A DNA stretch of 64,000 nucleotides, from contig JAQGDQ010000995.1 in NCBI GenBank assembly GCA_030141605.1, positions 7,690-71,689 of the forward strand, read 5' to 3'. Source of the DNA: Tubiluchus corallicola. Its lineage: Eukaryota > Animalia > Priapulida. Below, one piece after another: positions 40,955 to 53,317 of this stretch. The translations under genes and the position numbers were made by a program. Numbering within the stretch: the first letter of the stretch is position 1; the number at the start of each line of letters is the position of its first letter. The notes beneath the pieces are model-generated. The model saw only the letters and a list, made by a program, of their open reading frames with translations. It ran no database searches and had not been told where the DNA came from.

Positions 40955-41333
40955 TACCTCTCATGTCGAAGGTCTTTTTTTCTTTATCAATCAACCACCT
41001 TATAGTCCTGTAGGCCAAAATATATAAGAAGAATTATGAGTAAGTTCTTTTGAATCTTTATTCCAACGTTGGAAAATCAAATTTCGCAAAACCGACTTTG
41101 CAGTAATTTTTTTAAGATTATACGACTTACTAATTTTTGAATAACGTGCGTTACTGAATTTACCTTTCATAGTCATCGCGTCTGTTGACAAACTGTTGTT
41201 GCAAATAATTTTTGTAGCGAAATACAAAATCAGTTGTTGACGTGTTGTAAATAAATATATGGAGTACTTTTACACAAGTATAACTTGAAAGTATAAAAAC
41301 AAGCAATTTAATGGCGGCCGTTTTCCTTGCCAT
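40955..41333 (-). pseudogene. Possible first exon relic of an unidentified type II membrane protein (paralog at ~37840-38205)
   Basis: MARKTAAIKLLVFILSSYTCVKVLHIFIYN is a short basic tail plus hydrophobic segment; frameshifted downstream. The paralog ends at a gtaagt donor (~37840). Confidence 0.35.
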
Positions 41334-42763
41334 ATTGAAAATGCGCAACTGTTTCAAAAGCAACGACGAACATACATGAGAAATTATACGCCTTGCAGCT
41401 TCTAAAATGCTGTCACGAAAAATATCACATATTATACTTTTTACGGCTTTGGTTACAGAGTAGCATTCATTATATGGATTTCCTCGATTCTTAATGTATT
41501 TTAATTCAGAAAAGTTTGAAAAAACAAATTTAGAGATAGATAAGATAAGATCGACGCATGTGTATCTCGCATATTATTAAATACAGGTGTTTTTATAATT
41601 GCAGTACTAGTTTCTAGACAGAAAAATGGGTAAATTAGATTTTTAGTTTTTTTTTAACATTTTCCTGATAATTTTGTGCTAGAATATAAGATTCCATAAT
41701 ATAGTTTGCATTTGTTTTCATAAAAATAAAAAAAGCTAAATTTCACGAATTTTGATATTTTTATTGTGTCATTAAACTTAATAATATGTTACTTATTTGA
41801 CTGCTTACAGTTTGCTTTTTGGGGTATAGTTAAAAAGCCTGTTTTTCATCCATCACACCACAAAAGAATTCATGCTATTTAGGTTGAGCCCCCGTAGAGT
41901 CTATGCCTACACTCAGCTATTGTCTGTCTCTTTAGTGGGCAGTCGGTTAGTGCCCCTAGCTCAGCCAAGGAACTGATCAAACTTAGCAGCGACTAACATT
42001 AATTGGCCCCTAAGGTCCGCCCCTGTGTGCACGGGCCATTTCAGTTTGTGACAGCAGCGTTGTGACTGATTTAATAAGTTTTCTGCTCTGTGCGTTTATT
42101 TCAAAAATTTAAGTTTAAAACAAAGACCTTGGAAACAAAATTTAGCACTCGCACAAGAAAGTAGGTGCGAGAAACTAGGTCACTTTACACTTATGTTCCA
42201 GTTCTATAACATTGCGCTGAACGTATAACAGGTTTAGTTGTTATAACTTTGCGCAGTACGAAATTTTTGCTGCGCTTTAATGTACTTTGTTCTTGTGGCT
42301 TCCATAGCAAAATCTTCTTGAATTACAGTTATTGAAGCCAAGTTTTGTGCAGAATTCGCTGTCGCGAATTACACAATTTGAATAATTCGCACAGTTGATA
42401 CTGCTTGGCAAAAGTTGAATAATAAATGTGTTCACACACACAGTATTATAATACTACATTAATAAACATGGAAGACGAAGACATTATTTATACAAGAGAA
42501 CAAATGGACGGTTTACCAATGTCCAAGCTTCGAGAAATAGGTAGATCATTGGGTGTGATAAAATGTCGTTAACCAATGAAAAGAAAACAACCCACGTATT
42601 ATTCAGGAAAACTACGATAAAGTATTTATTCCCATGAACATTTAATGAACATATGTTAAAATTAGATTATAATATAATTAGCATACACCTTTCGGCACAC
42701 GCTACGTCAAAAGGTGGTCTTCGGGTACCTGTGGCCCTTCTAACCCGAACCATCACACATGTG

Positions 42764-43259
42764 ATTCTGCCAATTTGAGAGCATTGTCTTCTTAGACTGT
42801 TTTCGCATGTTTGTTTTAAACACTTACATCTTTCCAAACCCAACAAAGTAGGTTTTTCAGAAGAACTCGTCAAATCGTTCAGTTATCATTATTAAATCAA
42901 TCTTATTCTGTATTTCCTTTATGAGTTTCAGAGCTGCAGCAGTGTTATTATAATCTGTTCTCTGTAGTCTAAACAATTTCAAGCATAGCAGTGTGTAATT
43001 TATAAATGTTCTTTGCACGAGTACCACGTGCAGAGTAATACAATTGATTTCGTAAAGATTAAAACCAAAATAGTTCTCATAACCACCATAGCTATAAAAA
43101 TATTCCAACCATGAGGTAGGCTGACGTAAAATTGATAAAAAATTGCTTTGGGCCGTAGCGTCTTCGGCTTGTCTATATGTAGTATTGCATGGTGGCAGAA
43201 CACATTGTAGACATTCCTTGGATGAGGGATAAGCATTCTTTTGCCAAATTCTTTATTTA
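42764..43259 (-). pseudogene. GAL3ST: GAL3ST fragment, copy 3
   Basis: Near-identical duplicate of 39490-39985. Confidence 0.9.
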
Positions 43260-43299
43260 CACTGAGCCATCTGAAATTGCATTGCACACACATGGATCA

Positions 43300-45560
43300 T
43301 GATATTTAACAGAGCATTTCCGTAGATCATTTCTGCTTTGAATATTATGAGAATCTAATCTGGTAGGGGCAGTACAGTTATGCAGTTCAGCATTGTAAAA
43401 AAAATAATTACTAAAAAGGGGTGGTAACATGTTGTTGAAAAACTTAAACTTGAAAACTGCGATTTGGAATTTGTTGACTTTACAAATATTTAAGACATTT
43501 GATCTTTTAAATAACGACGGAGATTGATCTCTGTAAGCAGCAAAACTTACGGCTCTAGCTGCTTTCTTTTGGATGGTATGTAATTTGCTTAAACTGGTTG
43601 GTTAGGTACTGCCCCATGCTATATTAGAATTTTGTTTGGATGTTTTATTTGAAACAAATTTTAAGTGTTCCCGCCATGTTAAATGTTCACGATCAATGAT
43701 AGTCTCTAAAAACTTTTCTTATTTTTGCTTGAAAATAGCATGTATTTTGCTTTATTAGTGTTAAGTGAAAGTTTGTTGGCTTTATACCAGGCAGATAGTG
43801 GTATGAGTTCATGCTTTTCAACATTTAGCATAGTTTCATAATTTGGGTTTCTGTAAAAGATAATTGTGTCATCTACGAATACAATAAATTTTAGAATGTC
43901 TAAGACATTACATAGGTCATTGATATGAACAGTAAAAGGAAGGGGGCAAGAATAGCTCCCTGCAGGGCGCCATAAGTAATTTCTTTCAAAGAAGAAAATG
44001 TATGATTAATTTGAACTGACTGTTGACTATTCACATAACTAGTGAAGCATTCCAAAGAAGAAACTCTTACACCACAATGAGTTAATTTGGCTAATAATAT
44101 TTTGTGATCAATAGTATCGAATGCTCTAGAGAGGTCGATGAAAATACCTATTGTGAACACTTTGTTGCCTATTGATTTAGACAGCAAATTAAGCAGTTCT
44201 AACAGATCCATATCTGCGGAATGACTATGTCTGAATCCTAGTTGCTTTTTTATATATTATACTACTTCTTTTGAGGTAATCTAGAAGCCTATTATGCATT
44301 AACTTTTCTAAAATTTTTGAGAAAGAAAAGTTTTGTCGCCACTTTTGAAAATAGGATATATTTTTGTGTTTTTTTAGTTCATTTGGCACAACTCCCTTTG
44401 AAAATGATTGACTAAAAATATAGAAGAGGTTTGATAATATTTTCAGTTAACTTTTTGAAGAGTTTGGGATATGTCATCTTAACCAGCACTATTTTTGCTT
44501 TTAACTTGTTTACAACATTAGCTAATTCGGTTTCATCTATTGGAAAATGCCACATTGAACTCTGGTCTGTGTAAGTGTGAAGAGAGATGAACTTGTGTAT
44601 TAGATATTTTGCTAGCCAGGTTATATCCCACATTAGTGAAATAATTATTAAAACCACCTAAAATTTGATAAGCATTCCTTAACTTATGTTGCTTATCGTT
44701 ATAGGCAGAAAGATCAAAATACGTAGTGCATCACTTATACGTAGCTAAGTTTATTATTTCTCAGGTGTTTTTCATATTATTTACATTATTTTGTTTGCTA
44801 ATATCATAATAATATTTTTTGCTTTCTTCAGAATTGTTAAATTATTCTCATAATTTCGGTAAATCGACATATTTTGTTCAGTTATTTTTAAATTGTTTTA
44901 TTTACAAATCATTATTACAGTTTATTGATTGAATTAAGCCTTCTGTTAACCAGGGTTTATTAAGAAAGTGGGTGAGGTTTGATTATTTTAGAAACTAAAG
45001 GAAAACAATTATTATAGATATCAGAGAAATCAGAAATAAATGATTCGTAAGCTATGTCAGGTTGGTGAGTATGTAAGACTTGAGACCAGTCATGTAGACC
45101 TGATCTTTTATTAAATTCCTTGTGGCTAGATCAGTAAACTTTCAAATGTATGAAACAACAGGGTGGCGATGGAGAGAAACTTTTAAAGTTGATTTTGAAA
45201 ACACAGGAAAATAGTCGAATAAACAGCTGTACCAGCAGTCAGATTGTCATATAAAATGTTGTTCGTGAAAATATTATCAATTTGTGAGGCTGAGAAACTT
45301 GTTACTCTGGTAGGTTTTGTTATTAATGGACGCAAAGTGTGACTTAGTATATTTATGATTCAGTGTATTTACGAGTTTCAGAATTAAGTAGATTTATATT
45401 AAAATCACCAGCCATGAAGACATACTTATTTTCCTTACAGTTTTTGAAAGAAGATTTTCTAAATTATCTAAAAGTGTTAAAGACTTGATCCAGGTGGTCT
45501 ATACAAAACGCCTACAATCATATTTCTTGCATTAGATTAATTTCCACATATAAATGATTC
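43300..45560 (-). mobile_element. Degraded CR1/L2-group LINE ORF2 (EN + RT)
   Basis: EN motifs VGVLYRPP, AGDFNINLL and KPTRVT..IDNIFTN; RT motifs GIFIDLSRAFDTIDHKILLAKL, GALQGAILAP and FVDDT. Confidence 0.9.
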
Positions 45561-47266
45561 ATGATTCGAATTTCGCATGCTTGTGTATTGCAGCACAAGC
45601 TAATTTAATGAACAAAATTTTCGTAAAAGTGTGTCGAATTTCTTGAATTGAAAAATCAATATGCTATTTTGTACTGTACGCATTATATTAACCATTATGG
45701 GAGCTTTAAAGGGAGACAGGATGTTTTTCATATACTACCCCATTTTGAAGTCCGATAAAAAATATACATATTAACACAATTAATACTGCAAAATGGTTTC
45801 TGATAATTAAATATTAGATTAAAATTTAATTAATGGCGGGCGAGCCCAACTGTTGATGACATCATAAACTAACCCAATCTCAACAGCGAATATATTCCAT
45901 GAGCGTGTTGAGCGTGTTTGCAAAAGCGACAACAGTGCTACTGTAAGATATTCAGTGTGTTGTACTAAAACTAGGCAAGTTTTAAGGTAGAAATTCAAAT
46001 TTCAAATTTACCGCTGTACTCGCGCATGACCTGCTAAACGTGTGCAGTTCATCACAAACTAACACATCTGAACTGAGAGGCACAGCACCTGTATTTTGTA
46101 CAATGCATTTCCGAAATGCAGCGCTTGTGCCCGTCTAACTAGCGAATCGCGAAATGCGTGCAGCTGCGAAGAACAAGTGGCGCGAAGGGGAAATTGTGTT
46201 TGTGTGGTAATAATTCACCTTCGAAGGACGAACATCATCAGGTAGAAAAGAATTTTACACTATGATTTCATCAGGTGTTTAAAATGTATCATGTGCAGTA
46301 GATTCTATAATGTATACAAATGTAGAAAGTAACACAACGGAGAAAATCAAAACCTGGATAACCGTTTGTACATAATGGAAATATTTCAAATGATGAATTG
46401 CTTTGAATTTTTGACTCTCACTTTTCTGCCTTACTCACGGAGTAATAGCCAGTCCGTCGCGAATCGTCTAAAGGTCGTACCGCCCCTATATTTGTGCCAT
46501 ATCTATATTTCCACTAGTACTCCCAGCGCCTACTTGAGAGGTAAATGGGTGACATAAAAATGACAAATCCAGGAAAAATCCAGGAATTAATTTACATCAT
46601 TGACAAACATCATCGTAACTCTTTATCATTGTATGAAAACTCGCGCTGACACAAAATTATAATAATTCCGGTGCTTGTTGGCAAACGGTGAAAACATCGT
46701 TGCCGTTCGTCCTCCGTCTTCAATTACCGCACAAAGAGTGGAAAAAACGTGGTTTAAAGCATTTACGAAAAATGGTTAGCATTTACCAAGCAAAACAATA
46801 CATCGTCGAAACAAGGAATTTAAACACCGACAGCGAGCAAGCAACGAATGAGAAAAACCGGTCATGTAAAATAGGGCCCACGTGATTAAATTTACACTAG
46901 CAGCCTCGGTCACAGTTTCAAATGTTATTAGAATTAGGTATTTTGGGTGCTGCTTTTGAGCACATGAATTATGGCATTTTTGAGTGAGTTTATATTCCGA
47001 TTGTGTCTGAAATAATTCGACGAATTCGCGCAAGGGGGCGAGATTAGCTTCGCGCATGGAAAAACCGTTGACTGTCGCTTGTGTGATATCTAAATATGTC
47101 TACTTTCAGCTAAAGGATACTTTTTTTCTAAATTGTTTAAAATGTGCTACTTAAACTGTACTTGAACTATCTTGTGAGTTTCTTAAACAGAGCAATCAAA
47201 ATATTGCAGAAATTTTTCGTCAAATTACTCTTCTGTCGTCAATAAAAATCACTGGTTGTCAACAGC

Positions 47267-48280
47267 ATGATTCGAGTTAACAAAAGACGCATTTTAAACG
47301 TACTTACTATAGGTCCAACTGGTGTTTGCACGCTTGTTATCATAGTTGATTATTTACTTTCTTTAAACTTACTGTTCGTGAATAAAACCATGGTTGGAAA
47401 TCAAATACCAACTAAAACTTTAATTCAGAACATGAACAAAGATTATGTCGAAGTAAAAGAAGAAAAGGGTGAGAAAAAAAACTTCGTAAAAGTAAAGAAG
47501 ACAACGTTTTTTGATTCAGTTACTAAAACTAATCTTTCGTATACTAAAATAATTAACTTCATTGAGCGAGATAGGCGATTTGCACGAGAAAAAACGGTGA
47601 CTATAGCAACGCAAACATCTTGGCATTTTATGCATCATTTGGTGGACTTGGCTGAGAGGTTTGATGGACCAATTTCAGCAGCTTTATATGCACCTGGTGA
47701 TAGTTTTGATTTCATAATGAATAGAGTAAATGTGTATCGAAGATGTCACCTAAAATTTGCCCATTTGGTCTCAATTTCTCTATTTTTTGCAACAAATGCA
47801 CCTCCAATTAGTGGAAAAGAAGAAGAAGAGGTTCAATTGGTTTGTGGCAACATCTCCTTGCCACTATCCAATGGTCCTGACACATCGCATTACGGAACTT
47901 ATCCAATAAATGTAGGGAGAAATGCAGCTCGATTAGCAGTTTATACAGAATATATTTTGCTCCTGGATGTGGAACTGAAACCTACTCCATCTTTGATGAG
48001 AAAGTTTGTTGACATGTTGAACAGAAAAACAACTCAGCCTACACAGAACATTGTGTACGTTCTTCCAACTTTTGAAATTGCTGATGACAAAGACATACCT
48101 TGGAATAAACAGCAATTGCTAAAACTGCTAAAGCAAGGAAAAGCAGTGTCGTTTCACAAAGTAAGTACGCCTGCCGTAATTTCTAGTATAGTTGAACAAG
48201 GTATCGTTTTGTTATTTCTTGGAAATGTTATGAAAGATGTATCTTTCACCAGACACCCTCCCTCTCTCTCTCTCTCTCTT

Positions 48281-48331
<51 letters not shown>

Positions 48332-51137
48332 TGCTCTCCATCTCTCTCTCTCTCTTTCTCTTTCTCTCTCTCTCCCGCTGTTGCTCTCTCTCTCTTTCTC
48401 TCGCTCTCTCTCTCGCATGACTTTACATATATGCCTGTCAAGAATTCATCTGTCATACTGTGATGTAATATGAATTGTGAGCTTAAAGACAGAGATAAAC
48501 AGAAAGTAATAAAATTTAGGACCTATACGTTGTGATTTAAAAATAAAAACAAAAAAAAATAAAAATTGTCAAAAATTGGCAAACTCTTGAGTTAGCGGAC
48601 AGGATCCGTCATCCTAATCATTGTCACAGATACGAACATTTAATTTACAGTTTATTATTAATTTTGATTTGTAGTTTTAAATTTTAGTTTTTCATTACTA
48701 CAAAGTCAGCGTTGACATCTGTTTGTACACTTTGAAGTTTTCAATATATGTATGTACTTGCTACTGCTATATGTTTGTATGTAATGGGGTTACTTGGCTT
48801 CTCTTTTGAATGTAGTAGTTTTTCACACTTGGTAGCAAGATTTGAGGACAGGCAATACACTTAAGCAGTTGTGTGGTTATAATAACGTTTTCACTCAGGT
48901 GCCATGATATATTGGCTGATGGATTAACTCTAACTTTTGTTTACTACTGTTGATTATGTTTACCATTTTCGTGTATATGTGGTTTGACTATGAGACAATG
49001 ATTTTGACTAAAATACAGATTGCAAAGTTAAACCATGTTTTCATCCAGTGATTTCATCTGTTTAACACGAACATCGCAACTTCAAAAACAGTCTGATAAA
49101 CTTACCAATGACGGTTGTTGGCTTTCCCCAAACCACCCCAGCGACAACTTTAGCGTCACGACAATCATTGAGTCAGCATTGAGTAGACCTAAATGGGCCT
49201 GTTCTTGTTAATGGGCTTATCTGATCATAGACTGGAAGTACTTAGAATAAACTGGTCTAATCTTTCTAAATGACTAATAACGAAAGGAATATCTATGTTC
49301 TATTTAGAAACGCAAAAACTCGTAAACAAGAAAACGGTATCATTTGTAATCTGTGACGGGTGTTTTGAACCTCATGTAGCCTGTACTGATACTCAACCAG
49401 AAACGTACAGAGAAATTTTTAATCTAAGAAATAAAGATTCTAGTGGACAGAACAGTAACGTTTAACTCTTAAAGAGTCAAGTATTAGACCTAACTGAGCA
49501 AGAAGAAAATCAGCGAAAAGTGCAATAAATACTGAATTTTCTTTTGGAAAATGAGCATTGGGGAGATCTGACCAGAAATTATTACTAGAATTAAACAGGC
49601 CGGACAGAGAATTAGTGAAAATGAATGGCTACGTAAAGATACTATCTTATAGTAATCCTTGCGCTTCACACAGCTCGGCAATGAAAGACAATTTGGGGAA
49701 AATCAATCTCTCTAGTTAGTGCAAAAAGATGGCTGCGAACTGATATCCTGTAAAACTGTTAGTCCTGTTTCAGACCGGATAACCGCTATAGCTAAAAGGA
49801 AATAGCTAAAAAGAGAATGACTATCACGAAACACCTAAGTGACCTATTTCCTAGATTTTGATTCAATACGGCTGTTAAGACAGCTACAGGAAAAATTCAT
49901 GTGCAACTTAGGAGTGAGGGAGAAGCTGATAACATTGGGGATGATTGTAGAGAAGCACTGGATAACTTTATAGATAGTATACCTTACTGGTGAAGAGAGA
50001 GAAAATAAGGCCTGCGGTTTAACTTGAAGCCTGGAATTTGAAGAAACTGAAGAGATATTAGTACAATGCTACACATAAATGGAAAAATTAGATACAGAAA
50101 GAATGTCAACTAGTTAAAATGGTTGTATGCTAGAATAAGTCACTTGTTAAAATTTCTTACATGCTACACAGGAAATTACTGTTGCTGGCGATTTTCTCAT
50201 CATTTAAGATGGTGACTCTCAGGTCTGAAATTTCAAGAATTTGAACATATTTTTTTATTTTCTAGAAATCACAAAATTTCTAATTTCGTTGGATGTGAGA
50301 GCTCCGTCATGGACAATACTTGTAAATAACTTGGAGTTTTTTAAACTACGTTCTAAAGCGGCTAACATGTTTAATATTTTCAGAATACATGCACGGCTTG
50401 CCACAGAATCCCACACTATAATCGATGGCTAAAGTCGACAGTATCATCTGATCTGAGGGAATTTTATATTACTAAATGGATACCACTCGTCTGGGAACCC
50501 GTGTACATAGGTAAAATTTAATTATTAAAAATCAGTTTAAATGTGATTATTGATTTAATTTTCCCTAACTGGTCACGCTGTGATGAAATTTTACAATGTT
50601 TCAATAAACTGGGGCTCATGACTTCGTTCTACATCGGTGTTACATAGCTATGAGTAACCAAAATTTTCTATTTGTTCTATTTTTACATTGAACAAGTTAA
50701 ATATTGTTCTAGCCTTAGTGTCTCATTATTAAATTGTACCTGGTCTATTTGGCTGAAGTTGTTTGATTCGATATTTAGTGCTCTTGTTCATAGTATTTTA
50801 CTGCAGCTAGTAATTACACTTTTTTGTAGGAAGAAATGAAGAACCAATGCATGATGAAAGATTTCGTGGGAATGGCTACGACAAAATACAGCATTTTGTA
50901 GAGATGTGTTTTCAAGACTTTGAGTTTCACGTGCTTGATAATACATTCCTTGTGCATAAAGGCATCTGGCCAGACAAAATTTCATATTATTTTAAATACA
51001 ACAAAACAATTAACGAAAACAAACCAATTTTTGATCAATTTATGCAGGAAATGATTGTGAGTTACAAGTCGACAGGCCTCCAAGAATGCTGCACTATACC
51101 ATCAAACAAGAACAGAAGAGGCCACTTTGTAAATTGA
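47267..51137 (+). CDS. B4GAT1: Beta-1,4-glucuronyltransferase 1-like (GT49), intact three-exon gene, 442 aa
   Basis: Exons 47267-48160, 50384-50510 and 50830-51137 (1329 nt, in frame, canonical GT-AG). N-terminal TM; motifs VTIATQ, FDGPISAALY, YPINVGRNAAR, LLDVE, VYVLPTFE, CTACH, WEPVYIG, DERF..YDK and FHVLDNTFLVHKG. Confidence 0.92.
48262..48415. repeat. (CT)n microsatellite in B4GAT1-like intron 1
   Basis: Imperfect CT run seen directly. Confidence 0.95.
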
Positions 51138-52327
51138 TCAATATTGATTTGACAGTGTTAAACGTGAAAGAAGTCGGATAATTCATTAGCTTTCATCAAC
51201 GTATCTATTTTGTCTAGTTTACTGTTAGTCTTTTGTTGCACCTGGTTGAGTTTACAACCAAATAAAAGAATAAGCTCGTGTCATGTCAAAACAATCGGAC
51301 TTGAACAGCTAGGCAAACACTGACGTAAATTAAGAAAAATGAAGACCTTTGAAAAACTGCACATCTTATGTTAGTGATATCCGAGTGTGTACTACTTATG
51401 CAGATAAATTGTATGTGATTGCTAAGATATGTTTTAGTTGTTCCTCTAGTGCTGAAATGTTCAAGTTTGTTTACTAGTATTTGATGCTGTAATGTATCAA
51501 ACGCCTTTGACGTTGGATTGGCTGGGTTAAGACATGATAATTGACAAGCAATTTTGCCAAGTTTTCGCGAACTGACGAAAAAAATTCTTAACGTGACTGG
51601 TTTTTAGCTTTGTATCTGTCACGCTGTTTTCTGCCATGCTAATTTTGGTAAAAGTAATAACAACTTTCTTTGGTAAAACGTCATTTCACATCTCTTTAGC
51701 GGCTACAGACTGCTAAGAAAGAAAAATTATAGCAAAATTGCCAGCTTGAACAGTAAACACTTTAGAACAAGCATCTGACTCACGAGGCGAAGGTTCTGTG
51801 GGTGCTTGGAATCAAACCCAACATGAGATGAAGGTACATCTTTTACAGTATGCACATTCCAATGGGTAGAGGACAGACAAGGGTCTTTGGTTTAGAAGAC
51901 CATTGACCTGAATCAAAGCAGCATGTACATGACCATCATTGCCACGAATCAGCTCCATAATAATAACAAGTGGCCATCAACGATGAGGCAAAAGTTTCTC
52001 CTGGTCCACTACTATGTCACCTGGAAAGATAACTTACTGAACTGAAGACCAATTACGAAGTGTCTTGAGGCATTTGGAACTCCAGTGGTCCCCATGATTC
52101 TCATTAACCTATTCTAAATATCAATGGCTGACCAGCCAAACCTGCCTGTAATAGGCTGTTATAGATAGCCAGTATGACAACTGATTTATTATTTGCATCA
52201 TCTTCAGAGATGCCACTTGACTTATTCTGAAACATTCGCAAAATAAAATAAAAATTATAATAATAAAAAAATAGTGTATAATACGTATACATACATATGT
52301 ATATACAAACATATATATATGTATCTA

Positions 52328-53317
52328 TCTCTTATATTAATATTCTTGGTATGGGCTCTATATATAAGATTCGAGGCTACAGCCCGGACGAGGGCACCTT
52401 TTGCGGCGATCTATATATCAAACGAAAGGTCTCCATCTAGTGTCTTCTCGTTGATGGTTTATTTTTCGAATCGGGCCCACCGGGAGGAAGGCGGAAAAAA
52501 CCTCCAAAAATGGCCATTTTTCGGCCGTTTTTTGCAAAAGTTATACGGCTGAGATGTAGAGAACAGGAATGGGCCGAGGGTGGTGCTGGATATGGATAGA
52601 TAGCCCTTTCAGCAGTGAGTGTAGTAGGCATACTTAGAATTCGCGAGAGGGCCAGGGCGTCCCGCAACGGGCGTTTTCCCGGACCCAACTCGCGATTTTT
52701 TCGAAATTTTGACCAAACAGCATGCGGGAAAAACGTTCTAGCGTCGCCCGGTGGGACTCTCGGAAGGAGATATACACAAAGAGGAAGGACAGGGCTACAC
52801 GATGATGTAGGCTATATTTTAGGGCATGTCCAGCGAGAGGAGTATCAACGAGCTAATTACGTGTTCTATTTTCGGCAATTTTTCGACAATTTTCGCTTAG
52901 AAAACTGCGACGCATTCCATTGTGCTGACGTCATCCATTGTACTCTGTCTATAAGTTTAATTCAGTAAAAAGCTACTGCTGGCTTTGCGTTAGATAAACA
53001 GACATACAGTAGGCATGATGTGACGGGCTACAGGCTTTGCGTTAGGTTAGTAGGCAGGATGTTACGGGCTTTACGGGCTTTGTGTTATAAATGAGGACTA
53101 GGTAGAATGTTCGCGTATTGTTGATTACACGTGTATTTATATGCAAAATCTTTTGCGGGGCCTTTGCTAGTCTCTTATATTAATATTCTTGGTATGGGCA
53201 TTATATATATATATATGTATATATAAGATTCGAGGCTACAGCTTCGACGACGGCACCATTTGCGGCGATCTATATATCAAACGAAAGGTCTCGATCTAGT
53301 GTCGTCTCATTGATGGT
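52328..53317 (+). mobile_element. Non-autonomous Helitron: one full 843-bp unit (52328-53170) plus a partial tandem unit
   Basis: A|TC start, gcaaaa-tc-ttttgc hairpin just upstream of the terminal CTAG, then immediate restart tctcttatattaa at 53171. Confidence 0.8.

Larger units (their letters stand above)
36924..43269. repeat. Tandem segmental duplication, ~3.1-3.3 kb unit (36924-39995 and 40052-43269)
   Basis: Identical or near-identical ORFs at offset 3274 (39393/42667, 39583/42857); left halves are visibly diverged, right halves nearly identical. Confidence 0.95.

Noticed and set aside
48161-48473. SL- and ER-repeat protein tails
   Set aside because: Translation of an intronic (CT)n microsatellite past the donor at 48161.
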